From Octopus bimaculoides (lineage: Eukaryota): a DNA stretch of 35,944 bases. Position 1 is the stretch's first letter; every line of letters starts with the position of its first letter. Under the pieces are notes generated by a model. It was not told the DNA's origin. It searched no databases and worked only from the letters and a program-made list of their open reading frames with translations. The translations under genes and the position numbers were made by a program. Below, piece by piece: positions 34,473-35,944 of the stretch. The stretch lies in the NCBI RefSeq assembly GCF_001194135.2, contig NC_068981.1, positions 29,748,215 to 29,784,158 on the forward strand, in the 5' to 3' direction.

Positions 34473-35279
34473 TGTACATATATATATATATACATAGATA
34501 CATACATATATATATATATATGTTTGGGTATGGGTGTGTAGTATATATGTATGTATGTATGTATATATATATATGCATATATGTATGTATTATCGTAAGC
34601 ACGCAGTGCGGATAGGTGGGTGCCTACGTACATGCATGTAAATATATACAGGTATAGCGTAAATATGTGTATACATACATACCTATACGTACATGCATAC
34701 GTACGAACATGAATACATACGCCAGTATATGCACACCTACATAGATGTGTATACATACATTCATATACATATAGGCACACAGACATATATGCACAAGGCT
34801 ACATTCATAAATATAAGCGCAGGTGTTACTGTTGATATTAAGGAGACTCATGGTGGCATTGTTGATACCGATGATAATAATGGATTCCTTTAGCTTATTG
34901 TGAATTAAAAATAGGCGCACATACTGACATAGGTAATATTCTTGGATTACCACAGAACGCTACATATTCCATGTTGTTTTATATCAATTATAATGAACGT
35001 TGCCTTAAATTAATTTTATACCAGCAAAATACATCCAGTAGGAATTAATTTCCTCTGTAGAAATAGCTCTTTCTCAAATAATATTACATTTCTGCTTTTC
35101 ATAATTTTAAGTCTGCTAATGAAATCCCTGTTAAATTGAGGCAGATATGCTATTAGTGTAAGTTTTAGAATATTCAAGTAGATTATATATAGTTAGATAA
35201 CGTGGCATTGTCATGAAGTGTAGCTGGGCAAAAGAGACACAACACCAGAACGCAACTGATGTATTTCTCGCCATTACTG

Positions 35280-35425
35280 TTGTTGTCAATCACCAGGTCA
35301 GCCCTGCTCCAGCAAGCTTATAATCAATGATGTTCCAACTGTGACTGTTTCCATATTATATTTCAAATATGGTACGTCCAGTCCTTTATAGGAATATAGA
35401 GAGTGATAGGAGGGAGATTTGGTTC
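35280..35425 (+). repeat. Interspersed repeat fragment (family C)
   Basis: ccaggtcagccctg...ttccaactgtgactg...gagggagatttgg. The last motif is shared with 26315-26375. Confidence 0.45.
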
Positions 35426-35888
35426 ATAATGTTAACATTTTGAGTTGGTGCTCTTGTCTTCATTTTCTCCAACACAGGTTGTCAATAAATTGTTCCTCCT
35501 ACTAGTTAAGAATTAAATGATTACGTTGTAGCCTTTAGTTCGACATCAAAGAAAGAAGTCACAAAGCGTAGCTGGACAAAATGAGACTATACATAATGTA
35601 CACATAAAATGCCTTTCGACTTAACGGCGAAAATGAAACGAGTTGTGCGAAATAATGCTAATAGGAAAGACGGTGGACCTTTTGGCCTTCAGAAAAGAAT
35701 TATATAAAAAAAAAAATGAAAGTGGCAAAGCACGAGGTAGGGAAAATTTCGACTAACCAGTATAATGGTCGTTTGAAAATGAAAGGCCAGCCTGCACAAC
35801 AGGTAGGTTTCTTGATATCTTGTGGGAGCGGATGAAAGGAAAGAGTACATTGAAGTTGAGAGAAAAGCAGAGAAAATAAGAGAGAAAT

Positions 35889-35892
<4 letters not shown>

Positions 35893-35944
<52 letters not shown>
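35893..35944. repeat. (GA)n microsatellite running off the window
   Basis: Direct reading. Confidence 0.98.

Noticed and set aside
35440-35520. Strong-looking acceptor cttgtcttcattttctccaacacag|G at 35477
   Set aside because: All three frames stop within about 40 nt and no donor follows. It cannot be supported without transcripts.

Overview
Eukaryotic, AT-rich, non-coding DNA from a fragmented draft assembly. It has 13 N-gaps (about 4.5 kb in total), most of which abut (TA)n, (TG)n or poly-T tracts. The SINE families, the microsatellite density and the mix of LINEs and DNA transposons are what I recall for an Octopus (cephalopod) genome; this is inference, not a database result. I cannot support any intact host protein-coding gene. 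Nearly all ORFs in the supplied track are microsatellite or N read-through artefacts. The supportable content is a set of decayed mobile elements: a mariner DD34D transposase pseudogene (6250-7255, -), an internally deleted DD37D/maT element with both TIRs (13398-14137, +), an RTE LINE 3' fragment (3362-3770), two R4/Dong-type LINE fragments facing each other (RT 31420-32266 +; endonuclease end and 3'UTR 32902-33310 -), a 175-bp hAT MITE with a perfect 8-bp TSD, a 307-bp palindromic TA-flanked MITE, Helitron-like non-autonomous elements, and roughly 18 tRNA-type SINE copies or fragments in at least two families. The least expected signal is a cluster of three minimal hammerhead-ribozyme-like motifs at 25.1-25.65 kb. 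All three have core mutations and are probably Penelope/retrozyme-type relics. I found no convincing evidence of a new biological system.
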